Source: Phoronis australis (Eukaryota; Animalia; Phoronida). Taken from it: DNA of 64,000 nucleotides. The position numbers were made by a program, and so were the translations under genes. The stretch spans positions 128,156 to 192,155 of the forward strand of contig NMRA01000090.1 of assembly GCA_002633005.1 (NCBI GenBank), in the 5' to 3' direction. Below are positions 51,629-64,000 of the stretch, piece by piece. Each line of letters begins with the position of its first letter. The first letter of the stretch is position 1. Below the pieces are notes generated by a model. It ran no database searches. It worked only from the letters and a program-made list of their open reading frames with translations, and had not been told where the DNA came from.

Positions 51629-54020
51629 CTTTTGATGTAACCGTCAAAAACTGACCATGGGTTTCTTACTGGGATTTTCCATAGATTAGCCCACCCGATG
51701 GAACACCCACGGGCTTTTATTCGTAAAATTGTGCCAGATAAATGCCCTTTTGGTGTTACAACTTCTATTGTCAAGTGTCCAAATAGTGTGACGTTTATTC
51801 GGAAAATTTCCTCTTAGAGGTCTACTCAGCATCAACTTTTTGCCGCAAATTAAGTTTTGTGGAGCATTTATCATTTATGAAAATGTAAAAGGTGTTGACG
51901 AACTATGAATTGATTAACATAAAATTTGAAAACACAGTTTTAAGTAAAAAATGTTGAAGTTGGCAAAACTTTGACTTTCTGGTTAAAAGATCCAATTTTC
52001 GAATAAATGCCAGGGGTTTTATTTTGTGTTTCTAAAACGACTGAAATTTGTCTTCCGAATACTCGCCCACAAGCCTATCTACAGGAAATCTCGCTAATGA
52101 TATGGCTCTTTGGCAATTCGGTTGATAAACGAAAATTTTTAATGACAGTAAATTGTTCAGCAAGTACACACTCCAGAACAAACGAATGCAAATAACTCTT
52201 ACGAATGCGCGATGCAACCTCAGTGGCCGTGAGATTGGAGTTGGCATTCCAGGGCTAGAGTTCTATGGATAGGACCAATTTCACCATCTTTAGTCCAAAT
52301 ACCCTGTAACTCCTCACCTCCTAAGGCTCCAAAGGTTTTTGACGAACAACTTTCGTCTGTTTTCTTCCTGTAGTATTTTAAGGTGGGCACGGATATGTCC
52401 ATGGCAACTTAGTGGTGGCCGGGGATTGTTACCAGGTTGTCAAACAAAATCTCACTGGCAAACAGGTCGCCAAATCATAAAGAAACATTCAACCATTCTC
52501 ATTGGTTGCAAAGTTCAAAAATGCCTTTGTGGCTAGTAGCTGTTACAATATTAAACAATGTACTTAATTGATGCATTCCTCTCAAGTTCTTGTTTTTACT
52601 CTGAGCATGTGATTTGGCTTGTTTTCGTGGAACTCATTGGACACCAGGTAGCACTGGTGCATGCTATACATGTGGTGTTTGAAATAGAATCTGTTAGATT
52701 TGGTGCATGGGTCCATCAGCAGTTTGCTGGTGATTTGGAATTGCCACCATCATTAAACACCAGGAATTTGTTTAATCTAAACCATGTTTGAGCATGGTTG
52801 CCTCTGACAAAATACCATAATTTCCAAACTGAGCAAAACCCTGCTTTGAAATGTCATGATTAAATATTTAATTTTATTTCTTGGAAAATTTCAGTCAATT
52901 CTTTTTCACTTTCGATTTAAAGGATGTGTTTAGGAAAGTATGAACTTTAAAACTTTAAATCTTGAAGTGCTAAGGATGATTATAATGCTTTATTTTTTAA
53001 GCACACTAAAGCTTATACTGAACTTTGAAGGTATATAGTAGGGAAGATCTTTCAACTTATGAAGTCAATCAAAAAGAAAATGTTTCATTGCTTATTAATC
53101 AGTGTCCAGTTTTGGAGTTAACAATTAGATGCTAATAAAAATGAAAAATGTGTTTGAATTACAATTTTTATTTGATGGGTCATGGTTTTCACAAATATGT
53201 ATTTGTGTAATCGGAGATAGTTTCTTGTATTACACTCATAAGTTTGGAATTATTTCCACTTGGAACATCTGTGTTGTTAGCTTTTTGTTGCCTACCAAAA
53301 CTGACACACTAGATTCACATATGGTTTGGGTTAGCATTTACACTGGAATGTCCTGCACTGACTTGTAGCTGTTAACCAGATGATCTTTGTGTGTTTATAG
53401 GTGGTGAAAGCCAGCCTCATTCTGGTGTGGATAACATTGGACAGCTGCCCTGGTTGCTGGAACAGATTGGTAATCTGTGAGGAGTCCTAGAGTGGGTACA
53501 ACTCACAGACATTCTATGGAGACTTGAGGCTTGCGTTTGGGAACACAGTGCACAAAGTTCACCAAAAGGTAAGTGGGAAGGGTCAGAAGAAAAGTAGAAT
53601 GAGGAAGTGTGTGGGGGGTGTTGAAGATGGACAATAGGTATAGGTATAGGAAAATGTCCAGAAGGAATGGAGGGAGGTACACACTACATACATACATACA
53701 TCTTTTGTTAAACTCCTGCATTCAAAATACAAACAATAGCCAAGCAGAGTATTGAATTGATAACAAAAATAACATGGAAAATTTACAAATGTAGTGCTAC
53801 ATATAAAACGGTCAAATGACACTAAATTAACTAGGAGCTAACAGGGGAGACGCTGACTCAAACAAAAACTTACTTGAGGCAGTTTAATCTAGATTGCTAG
53901 GTATTGAAAGTATAGTGAGGTGTGTGTAATATATATGTATAGTCTCCATAGGTAATGACTACGTTGAGATATAATATGAACTGCATATGACTACATGCAC
54001 GCACGCACGAATACTGCCCA

Positions 54021-54090
54021 CATGGTGCACCACAGGGGGGGCTGAGGGGGCTTTAGCCCCCCCCACTTTTTTTGGTGCTGCGCCGCCCAT
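54021..54090 (-). repeat. Short GC-rich MITE-like unit, inverse copy of 48935-49012
   Basis: Both copies share agccccccctgtggtgcacca and gggcggcgcagcac. Confidence 0.6.
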
Positions 54091-54575
54091 GACACACATA
54101 TGAACAGCTTAAAAAAATTACACAAAAATTGACAGGTCAGTAAGTTTCCAGATTCCTTGTTTGGAATGTTTGAATTGTTTTTGCGTTTTTGATTTGGTCG
54201 TCTATTGAGTTCCAAAGTGTGGGTGCTAAAATTCTAAAGTGTGCAGGCCATATTTGAATGTGTTGACACGAGTGGGAATAAAGGCTATGTTGATGCACAG
54301 GAGCTTATTTTTATCTTTTTAGAACATTAAAGTATCACACATCATATATGTAATTAAGGGAATGCAGCTGTCATCCATCCATTCTGAATGAAATTAGCTT
54401 GAAATCTTGCAATGTTTTCAATCTCGCCACTGCCTGATGCAGTTGTCAATCGCTAGCTACCCTGTTAGCTGGTTCCACATTTTGTGGTGGGATCATTCAT
54501 TGACAGCAATATTTGATCAATGAATGATCTCAATTTATATAAGGCCGAAAAGCATAGTTCGTTGTGGTCTGTAAT

Positions 54576-55061
54576 CAGGCCTTTGTCCAGGATTTTGAAA
54601 ACAGGGTGTCCAAAATGGGGTTCCCAATATTCCAGGGCGTCCATGATTCCGACGCGTAACCCCCACCCCCAGCAATACCCCCAAACACAGATTTTGATAC
54701 AAAAATGCATAGATCAAGGTTTTTACATCTAAGTTTATAAAACAGCCTTCCATGGTGAGCATTTTTACTAAAAAAAACTGTGTAGACCAAGACTTTTACA
54801 ATGCTGTCAATCAAGTGTCAAAATAGCAACAATGCATATACTTTGTATATACATTGTATATTTCTTCCTGCTTTGAAAAAAGAGTCCCCACTGTGAGCCT
54901 TCAGAGGCTTCCTAGTATTCATTACAATGTGTGAGTCCAAACTTGAAAGGTTCCTATTGACAGTGGGCACCAAATGATACATTGGCTGTCCTTGCCAGGG
55001 CGTCCAGATTAGTGCTAGGGCGTCCAATGGATGCCCAGGACGTATGCTGCATAAAGGCCCG
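54576..55061. mobile_element. hAT-type MITE with 8-bp TSD
   Basis: TCTGTAAT|CAGGCCTTTGTCCAG ... CTGCATAAAGGCCCG|TCTGTAAT. Confidence 0.82.
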
Positions 55062-56390
55062 TCTGTAATTCATCTCATATTTGAGACCGCTTCTCGTTAT
55101 CTAAAATAAAAAATCCCACCCACATCAATTTCAGCCTAAATGAAGGAGAAAAAGCTAGGGTGTAGGAAAGTTTTGAATGCTATGATGTGCTTAGCAATTA
55201 GTTAATGAAAAATGCTCATCTCAGGTGGATTTCGGTTTTTGAAAAAATAAGCAACAAAAAAGTACCGCTCCTCTGACAATGCTTTTTAACATCATCCATC
55301 CATAATAATGGTGTTGATCTATAGTAAGTAATATAAAAAATTGTGCCACATCTACTTGGGTCTGTTGGCAGGTTAATATATTTCTAGGTGGCTATGCATG
55401 TCTCTGGTGGTGTAAATGGTTAGAGAGCAACACTGAGGCCTTTTGCCTTCAGAATTATTTTTTTTCATTTTGAATGCTTTTTTGTTACCGTTCGTTCAGA
55501 ATACTCGTATGCAGGTCATTACATTGAAGACTTTGAAATCAATCAGTAGATCTTACAGCTAATCCTGAAAAATCACATATGACAGACTAATCTGCTGTTG
55601 GCTTCTCATTGCCCTCACCCACCACCTTAATGCAGTATGTGAGTGAAATATTTTGGATGAATTTGGGAGGTGTGTGAGGAAATTACGTAGTCGTCAAAAA
55701 ACTCCGACATTAGGGTGAGATAAAGATAGAGAACTCAGACCTAATAAGTGGCAAATGTATTTCAACTGATCACGTGAGAGATTTCGGGTTTTGAACTTTG
55801 ATAATTATATTTTGATCAGAGTTAAGAATGGTCGACTATAAGGCATATTTTTTAAATCAAAGTAAATTTTGTAGTTTCCTATCTTAAAGTGACATGCAAT
55901 TACTAATTTGAATGGAATTTTCATATGGAATTCCCAACTGTGCAAGATTTAGCAGATCATCGGTTTGTGACAACTATTGGTAATTCACCTGGCTTTCCAC
56001 TGCAAACTCGGTGTTATTGGTGCCAATGCTGCCAGGTGTGAGGGAGCCAATTTTTCAGGAAGATTAAATGTAACAGATAACACGTCCAGTGAATTTTTTA
56101 GTTAGACAATGACTTAGCATGATTTTACTATAGATGATTAATGCATACCCAGCTAACGATAGCATTCCTAAGACTTCTTTTATTGGTGGAGGACTGATAG
56201 CACTGGTACTGTTTTTACACAGAAACAGTTGTCATGGTAGGAGTTGTCACAGCACCCTGCACAACTTGCTCCACTTCAGAAACATTAGATAGCAAACTGG
56301 ATCAGCACAAGTCATTTACATGAAGACTCTCTGTGCATGCTTGCATAAACAATACCGAATGTCCAAACCTTGTAGAATACTAGGGAATTA

Positions 56391-57782
56391 CCGTAAACTC
56401 GCGGGTTAACGCCTGTGCCTGAGTAATCGCCCATCCCCGACTTTTTGTCAATTTTCAGTTTAAGCGCTTGCTTGGGTAATTGCCCATCCCCTACTTTGTG
56501 CTGATTTTGACGTAAGCGCCATCTCTCAGGTAATCCCCTTCCCCACCTTACCACTTACAGAATTTGAGCTTGAACTCGTGCTTTTGTTCACAGCTTCGCC
56601 GCGGGCTCAGACTTCCGTGTGTGTGGAAACACGGCGTGCTTACACCTGCGTACAATTGTCTCAAAAAATACGTTATTCAGCCAGCGTCTGTGGAATAACT
56701 CAAGCGTTGAAAATACCTTTTTTTAAACTTATCAGCTGATCTCTTGTTTAGGCCTATTCCATAGATTTTTTAGAAGTGATGCTAGTCTACTACGAGATTA
56801 GGCCTACTATGTCCTGGTCGTCATCGACGTAGGTTTGTCTTGGTGACGAATTACCATAGTCCAAATTTTTTTGTATCAGACACTATTTCCGATGCTTTTT
56901 GGAGTTCAGTAGATCAAGCTTTTTGAGTGTTTGGCGAGAACAAGTAAAATTTCAAAAAATCGTCATGTATTTTCAGACAGAGCACTTGACTTGATTTTGC
57001 TAGATTTTCCTCCTGGGTTGACCCAGATTTGAATTGACCAATTAATCAAACCCCCTGTCATTGTAATTGTACACAAAGATCACTTGATTTTGATAGATTT
57101 ATTTCCTGGGTCAAACCAGATTTGAATTAAGCGATTATTCTCACCTACCTCTTGTTGTAATTGGAAACAGTTTGTGTTGGCCGGGAACAAATCGTCCATG
57201 TTTTTAATCCAGCGCCAGATAAACTAAATAGTGAATCGAAAGTTAATCGCGTTTACGGTAATACGCAAACGAGACAGGACCGGAAAGGTTCCAAAGAAAC
57301 ACAGTCGTACGAACAACACTAACAATACTATAGCGAAGAAAACGAAACTTAGTCCCGTTTGCTGATCTGAAACAGTACTTCTTGATACGGTAAGTGGATT
57401 GCCATTCGAGTTTCATAAAGCTCCGCGTTATGGCATTTTGCAGTGCGCTAATATATTTGAAAACATCTGAGTTTTTAGTAACGTTCTCACGATATCACCC
57501 TTTCAAAGTCGAAATCCTGTTTCTGTTTGATCCGTGAGAAAGTTTGTGGTTGTTGGGTCAATTGACGGAACTTACAAGTTCCATGCTTGAATGAACACCC
57601 GGTAAGCTTGCCCAGTTCGACGAAAACTTGGACGTAAGTGCCCGCTGCTTGGGTAATCGCCCACCCCCGACTTTTTGCCAATTTTTCAGTTTAAGCACCC
57701 TCTGCTTGGGTAGTAGCCCACCCCCCTGTCTCAGGATTTCCCAATTTAAGCACCCAGGGTGTTAAAACTCGTGGGTTTACGG
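56391..57782. mobile_element. CCGTA-ended MITE with TA TSD
   Basis: TA|CCGTAAACTCGCGGGTT ... AACTCGTGGGTTTACGG|TA; subterminal direct repeats gtaatcgccca.ccccgactttttg at both ends. Confidence 0.85.
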
Positions 57783-57939
57783 TATGTACCCGTAAGAGAG
57801 TTGATCCTTTCTGCGTTGTGCTCCAATTTGTGTTCAGATGTGTAATTGAAACTGGAGCAGCTGATCTAGTGCAACTTGCTCTACCTGTCAAACCGGAGTC
57901 AAAAATGGCCGCCACTGTGTCAGCTTACTTCGTGTCATT

Positions 57940-58620
57940 CGTGTGTGTGTGTCTGTCTGTGTGTCTGTCTGTGTGTTTACATTTGTGGACACATTTCAAT
58001 GCTCCGCATTGCTCTTGTAGTTTTTTACGTTTACCTCTATCTTCGGAGGTCGTCAATGGATTTTCATAAAATTTGGAAGTTAGGCATCTATTAGTGAGGT
58101 GAGGGTATCCTCCCGTTTTCTGATGGATTCGAGGTATTTTTGCACCACCTGTTGGCTATTTTTAATTGTTTTGAGTCTTTGGCACCTACCCCTTTGTCAA
58201 CCAAAACGCTCTAAGGATGATTGTGAAAATTGGCATATATGTTCCTACTGTGGAGAAGACAAAAAAGATGATTTTCCGACGACTTTGAATACTGTGGCGC
58301 CTGCTAGTGGAAGTTTTGTTTTGTTTTTGCGTCCATGGCTATAATTCTAAACGGTCTACAGGATTTTTATTAAATTTGATCAAATGTATTGAAGTTGACA
58401 ACAGACGATACGATAACTTTTGAACAGATCGGACTACTGGTGTGCTCCCTAGTGGCATTATAAGTTCTTTACATTTACCCTTGCATCTTCAAAGGTCCTC
58501 AACGGTTTTCCATAAAATTTGGCAGATAGTCATTGATTAGTGAGTTGACGCTATCCATTCATTTTCCAATTGATTTAAGGTATTTTGCACCACCTTGTGG
58601 CCATTTTTATTGTTTTTGAG
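57940..58620 (+). mobile_element. HINE family A fragments (GTCT microsatellite, 3' hairpin, B-C-A-B monomers)
   Basis: gtggacacatttCAATGctccgCATTGctcttg at ~57986; monomers colinear with 42380-43000. Confidence 0.75.
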
Positions 58621-59852
58621 TTAATACTAGTACCGCCTCTCACTATTAGCCAGTCGTGTTAACGATTATAAGTTTCACTTTAGTTTCACACTTTACTGGT
58701 GGATTGAGTTACCCCCAAAACGTCTGGCGGTTTTTCTAGAACTTTGGTAGCCAGACCGCTTCCTCCAGTGGACACACGTGCTCAGGAGTGAAAGTTTTTC
58801 ACTAACAGCTTCAATTATCACCACTTTCCTTCTATCTTAGTCAGTTGATACCAGAATGCAGGGCATACATAAAACACACATACTGGCTGATGTACTCATA
58901 TGGGATTGATGACCCTGTTAGTTTAGCTGGGTGTCTGCTTGTCATGATCTGCCAATAATTATGATTGAAACACAAGGGTGAGTGGATAACCATGGATGCT
59001 CATGGGAGCGAAGTCTGAAAAGTGGGTTTAACTTGTCTCCCTGTTTTAGGACTATTCTGGATTACACAGTGATAGAACTCTCCTTTGTCGCGGAGGTAAG
59101 AAAGTGTGTTGTTTTCATTGACCTAGTTTTGGAATGTCAGTACTGGAACTGAAGTGTCTTCAAGAAAGGGGAATCTGTTCAGATCAAAATCAACTCGACC
59201 AATTTGCTACTCACTCCACATTTTTTGTCTTTGATTGATAGCGTAAAGGCGACGAATTTAACATCATGTAACCACACATATTTGTCAAGTTCAGCCAACT
59301 TTATCTAATCGAAGTTGCAACTTACATCACAGCAGCAATAAATAAGTTTGTTGGGATTTCAAAGACAAATAGAGTAATGTAGCGGAGGAAAACGACAAGA
59401 ATAAGTAACATGTAGAACTCTAATGTTGCAAAAACACCAGGCTACAAAAGTGCTTGACAGGTATTCGGGATGTGTGGGCAAACACCAAGAGATTCCAGTG
59501 TCACTGTGTAATCCGAGATGGCCCTATTATATCATTATAGGTAATCTACCATGAACAAATTTGTTCCTGGTTCAGACCAATCACCCATGCATTCATTGCG
59601 TCATAAAATAATTCTCAGTTAAAGTCAGGTAAAATATATGAACAACATGATTAAAATAGTTATCATCAGTGACCTTTTTATTTTTTTATTTCATTAGTGT
59701 TGTTTTGGTTGGATAAACAACTGAATATTATGCCTTCAGCATCTGCGAAAGAATACTGAAGTTTAACCTACTTCAATTGAGTAAAGTCACAATGGCCTCG
59801 CCACTATGAGAAAAATTCTCACTATGGTTGGACTTCTTTGCTTAAACACCAT

Positions 59853-62800
59853 TTTTATGAGCCACGTATGTGGGCGCATTATGCCGTCATCCTCGTGTGT
59901 CCCGCGTCTGCTGTCCGATGTTCTATCTCCAAAGCACCTTGATGTATGTTCAGGAAATTTTGCTCATGTGTTTGTTTTGTGGAGCAAATTTCCGAACAGA
60001 TCTGACAACCGGTGTGCCATCTAGTAGCAATTTTAGTTTTTTACATTTACCTCTGCATTTTCAAAGTTCCTCTGTCAACAGATTTTCATTAGATTTGCCA
60101 GATAGGTATTTGTTAGCGAAATGGATTCGAGGTATTTTGCGCCGCCACCGCCACCGAGTGGCTATTTTTATGCGCTCGCATATTATTTATATGTGTGTAC
60201 ACATTGCTGTCATCGCTGTCTCGGCGTCTAGCATCTGCAGCTGTGTAGATCTCATGAACCTCTCACAGGATCTTGATGAAATTTGGCAGATGTGTTCCTA
60301 TGAATTTGACATTGAAGGACAACGAATTTCTGACCTATTCGATTATAGGTGTGCCCTCTAGTAGCAATTTTAGTTTTTGTGCGTTTACCTTTTCGAACAT
60401 CCTCAACAGATTTTCATTAAATTTAGCAGTTTGGCATCTGTTAGTGCGATGAAGCTATCCTTCAATTTTGGATGGATTTGAGGTATTTTGTGCCACCTAG
60501 TGGCCATTTTTACTGTTTTCGAGTCATTTTTACTGTTTTTGGCATCCGTCTTCTGTCAACCAAACCACTCCAAGGATGATTGTTAAAACTGGCATATATG
60601 TTCCTACTGTGAACAAGACGGCTGACTATGATTTTCCAACGACTTCAAATACTGTGGCACCTCTTAGTGGCAGTTTTGTTGGTTTTTGCGCCCATTGGCT
60701 GTTACTCTCCTGAACGCTCTACTGAGGATCTTTATCAAATTTGAGCAAATTGTATTTATATGAAGTTTACAACAGACGGTGACGATTTTGGGACAGATCG
60801 GACTACCACTGTGCCTCGTAGTGACAATTTTAGTTGTTGTTGCGCTTTACCTCTGTATCTTCAAAGGTCCTCAATGATCTAGTAGTGAGGTGACGCTATT
60901 CATTCGTTTTCAGATAGATTCATGGTATTTTGCGCAACCTAGTTCCGTTTTTATTGTTTTCGAGTCTGTTTTTCAGTTGGCGTCCGCCTCTCTGTCAATC
61001 AAATCACTCTCAGGATGATTGTGCAAATTGGCGTGCATGTTCCTACTGTGAAGAGGACGGCTGTCGATGATTTTCCGATTACCTGGAGTGCTGTGGTACC
61101 TCCTAGTAGCAGTTTTATTTTTGTTTACTCCCATGGCTATATCTCCCAAGCTCTCTGAGGGATCTTTATTAAATTTAGCAAGTTTCTTCATATGAAGCCG
61201 ACAATGGACAGCGACGAGTTTCAGATCAATCCAACTATCGGTGTGCCCCCTAGTGGCATTTTATTTTGTTTCCGTTTTCCTCTTTTTTTCTCTAGTTCAG
61301 ATTCCTTGGGGGATCTTTATGAAATTTGGTAAATAATTTTCAATTGAAACGATGACATGTTCCTGTTTTCGGATGGATTTGACGTAGTTTGTGGCATCTA
61401 GTGGCCATTTTTACTGTTTTGTAGTCTGTTTTTTGGGTCTGCCGCACTATCAACCAAATCACTATGATATAAAGTAGGCAAAAATGTTTATAGTATGAAG
61501 AAAATGGTTGACGATGATTTTCCGACTTTGACTACTGTGGCGCCTCCTAGTGGCAGTTATATTTTTGTACTCATAGCCCCCTAGTGGCAAATTCGTTTTT
61601 TCTGTTTTCCTCTCTTTCTCTGAAGTTCGTTGACGGATTTTTATGATATTTGGTAAATAGCTTTCTCAAATATCATAAAAATCCGAGGCGGTGATCAATT
61701 CCCATTTTTGGGTAGATTCGACTTATTTTGCGCCATCTAGTGGTCATTTCTGTAATACAAATGAATACCCCTAGAATCACACTATTCGGGGTGCCTCAAT
61801 AGTGGGTGCATTTCAATGCTCCGCATTGCTATTGTTGCTGTCTTCCTGTCCATTTTTTTATGTCCGACCCTCAATCAACAAAACCAGTCTAAGGATGATT
61901 GTGAAAATTGGCATGCATGTTCTTACTGTGAAGAGGATGGCTGTTGATGATTTCCCGACGATTTCAACCATTGCAGCGCCTCCTATTGGTAGTTTTTTGG
62001 CCACGGCTGTATCTCGTAAACCCTCTGCAGAATCTTTATAAATGACTAGCAAGTGTATTTATATGATGTTGACAACGTACGTACGGCGACGACTTTCTTA
62101 AGTCATTTTCAACATGTTGTTTCTCTGTTCCCTATTCCGCCAACTAAAGAAGCTCAGGCCAGAAAAGTGCAGACACTGAGGTAAGAAGTATTCACAGTAT
62201 GGGCACGTGCTAAGGCCCATTTGCCAAATTCAAAATGATTGACTTGTATGTGCCCACATATTTATATCTAGGTGTCCTCATCTCTGTCTGGGCGTCTGGC
62301 GTCTGGAGCCCGCTGCTGCATCTCCTAAACCTCATGAAGGATCTTATTGTGTTTTTGTGAAGCTGACAAAGGATGACAACGAGTTTTGGATTGATCCGAC
62401 TACTGCTGTGCATTCTAGTGGCAATTTTAGTGTTTTATGTTTGCCTCTGTATCTTCAGAGTTCCTTGAAGGATTTTTTTGAAATTCAACGAGTAGCTTTT
62501 TTGTAAGGAGACGACGATGCCATTCTGTTTTGGAAAGATTACAGTAGACAGATTTTACGTCTCCTTGTGGCCACTTTTGATAATTTTGTTTATGTTTGCT
62601 GCCGCCTGCTTAAAGAATCATTATGAAAAATTTCAGGTGTATTTCTGATGAGAAGGCCGCGACTGGCGTTTACTCTCTGACAGGTCTGCCTACTGTGTTG
62701 CCCCATAAGCGTGGTGATTTTTTGCATCTGAAACTGAATCACTTTAACCCTAGGGAGATTTGTGAAATTTGCAAGATGTGTTTTTGAAGCCTACGACAAA

Positions 62801-63030
62801 CGGCAATGAGTGTTGACCTGATCCAATTACCACTGTGTCCCCTGGTGGCAAAATGTTTTTGTTTTGTGTTTAAATGCCTCCCTCGGTATCTTCGAATCCC
62901 ATTTATGTAGTTTCATGAATAGGTTTCTATGAAGGAGAGGACATCGGTTTTCTGTTTTCGGATAGATTGGATATTTTCTGCGCCACCTGTTGTCGTAGGC
63001 GCATTTCAATGCTCCGTGTTGCTCTTGTTG
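59853..63030 (+). mobile_element. Cluster of nested or abutting HINE family A elements
   Basis: 5' ends at ~59853, ~60165 and ~62247; 3' ends (GTGGGYGCAT + CAATG..CATTG hairpin) at ~61802 and ~62995; about 18 monomers. Confidence 0.8.
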
Positions 63031-63639
63031 TTAGAATGTGTACTTGTTGACATCATCCTGTACAGGCATCCGGTTATGTGCTCGATATCTCAATCACCTC
63101 TCAGGTCAGATTTTGGTGAAATTTGGCATGAGGGTGCATCTGAGGTGTCAGACTGGCACAAGGTATGCCACTTTTCGATCTGCCTCCACCTTGGAAAAGG
63201 AACAGGGGTTTTTCAGTATTTTGGGAGAAGAGCATTTCTGGATGATAGCCAAAGAACCAATGGACAGATTTCGATGAAATGATAAGCAGTGGTATGTGAC
63301 GGCACGGGCAATCTGCCTGCAACAGTTGATTTTCAGGTAGATTAATTGACTTTTGCAGCATCACTCTCGTGGCCTTATTGTCTTAATGAAATATCTCTCA
63401 GATTTTATGAATCTTTATTATTAGGTATATAAGAAGAATGTGCTAGACCACTTTACAGTTTCATCAGGATCTCAGGATGAGACTACTGTAGAAAATTTCT
63501 AAAATAATCCAGTAAATTTACCTTAAAGTCCTTGTCTCACGCGTTCTTAACCCTTATTACATGGTTAGAAGATGTTATAAGGATCCAAGAAGTACCTACC
63601 CCATAACTAATACACGATCCGTACTCGAAAACAGTTTAA

Positions 63640-63750
63640 ATGAACGCGCCTCTCACGATTCGCACCCGAAGAAACACCGCCATTTTGAACTTGCCGCGAA
63701 CCCGGAAGTACAATTCATTCAGGAACCCAGGCCGAGAAAACGCCGTCAGT
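63640..63750. promoter_or_regulatory. Putative housekeeping-type promoter
   Basis: CpG-rich, with YY1-like CCGCCATTTT (63677-63686) next to ETS-like CCGGAAGT (63702-63709). Confidence 0.45.
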
Positions 63751-64000
63751 GCGACTCATGCTATGAACATTCCCACTAAATAAAATTGGTTCTAACCCCA
63801 GTGGTTAAGGTAAACGGCGGGGTATGGAAAATTGAACTAGACCGTATTTATCCACCTTGGCTGAGTCGCACTCGGCTCACGATCAAAGGGATGCCGCCAG
63901 GCTGCTCTAGTCATCGAGTCACGAGCGAGGATAATTGGCTTCGCTCATGCGGATATGATCAGCTGATTACAATCTAGCTAGCAGACTGTACTTTTTATGG

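Noticed and set aside
59806-63364. Many short ORFs over the repeat cluster
   Set aside because: Chance frames in non-coding HINE monomers; no Rep/helicase motifs seen

Overview
This is AT-rich, intron- and repeat-rich animal genomic DNA, inferred to be an invertebrate bilaterian; it is not prokaryotic, and most ORF-track entries are noise. One complete gene can be reconstructed by hand: a 13-coding-exon WAC orthologue (WW domain-containing adaptor with coiled-coil) on the minus strand, CDS 30764->13672, 634 aa, with all introns GT-AG and phase-compatible. A convergent, unidentified plus-strand gene probably ends at about 5.7 kb. The rest is a layered transposon landscape: L1/Tx1 and RTE LINE relics, a mariner relic, a decayed Sola2-like transposon with long inverted repeats, CCGTA-ended and hAT-type MITEs, a THAP fragment, tRNA-like SINE heads and many Helentron-type non-autonomous (HINE/DINE-1-like) elements. 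I see no novel protein-coding system. The best leads are non-coding. (1) One HINE family is built from ~150-bp monomers in a ~455-bp A-B-C higher-order repeat, and each monomer carries a co-oriented CTCF-consensus-like motif. (2) A second repeat family, adjacent to or nested in the first, carries YY1-consensus motifs. (3) A hammerhead-ribozyme-like fold with a variant core lies in sense orientation in WAC intron 4. All coordinates were read by eye, and family assignments come from remembered motifs, not database searches.
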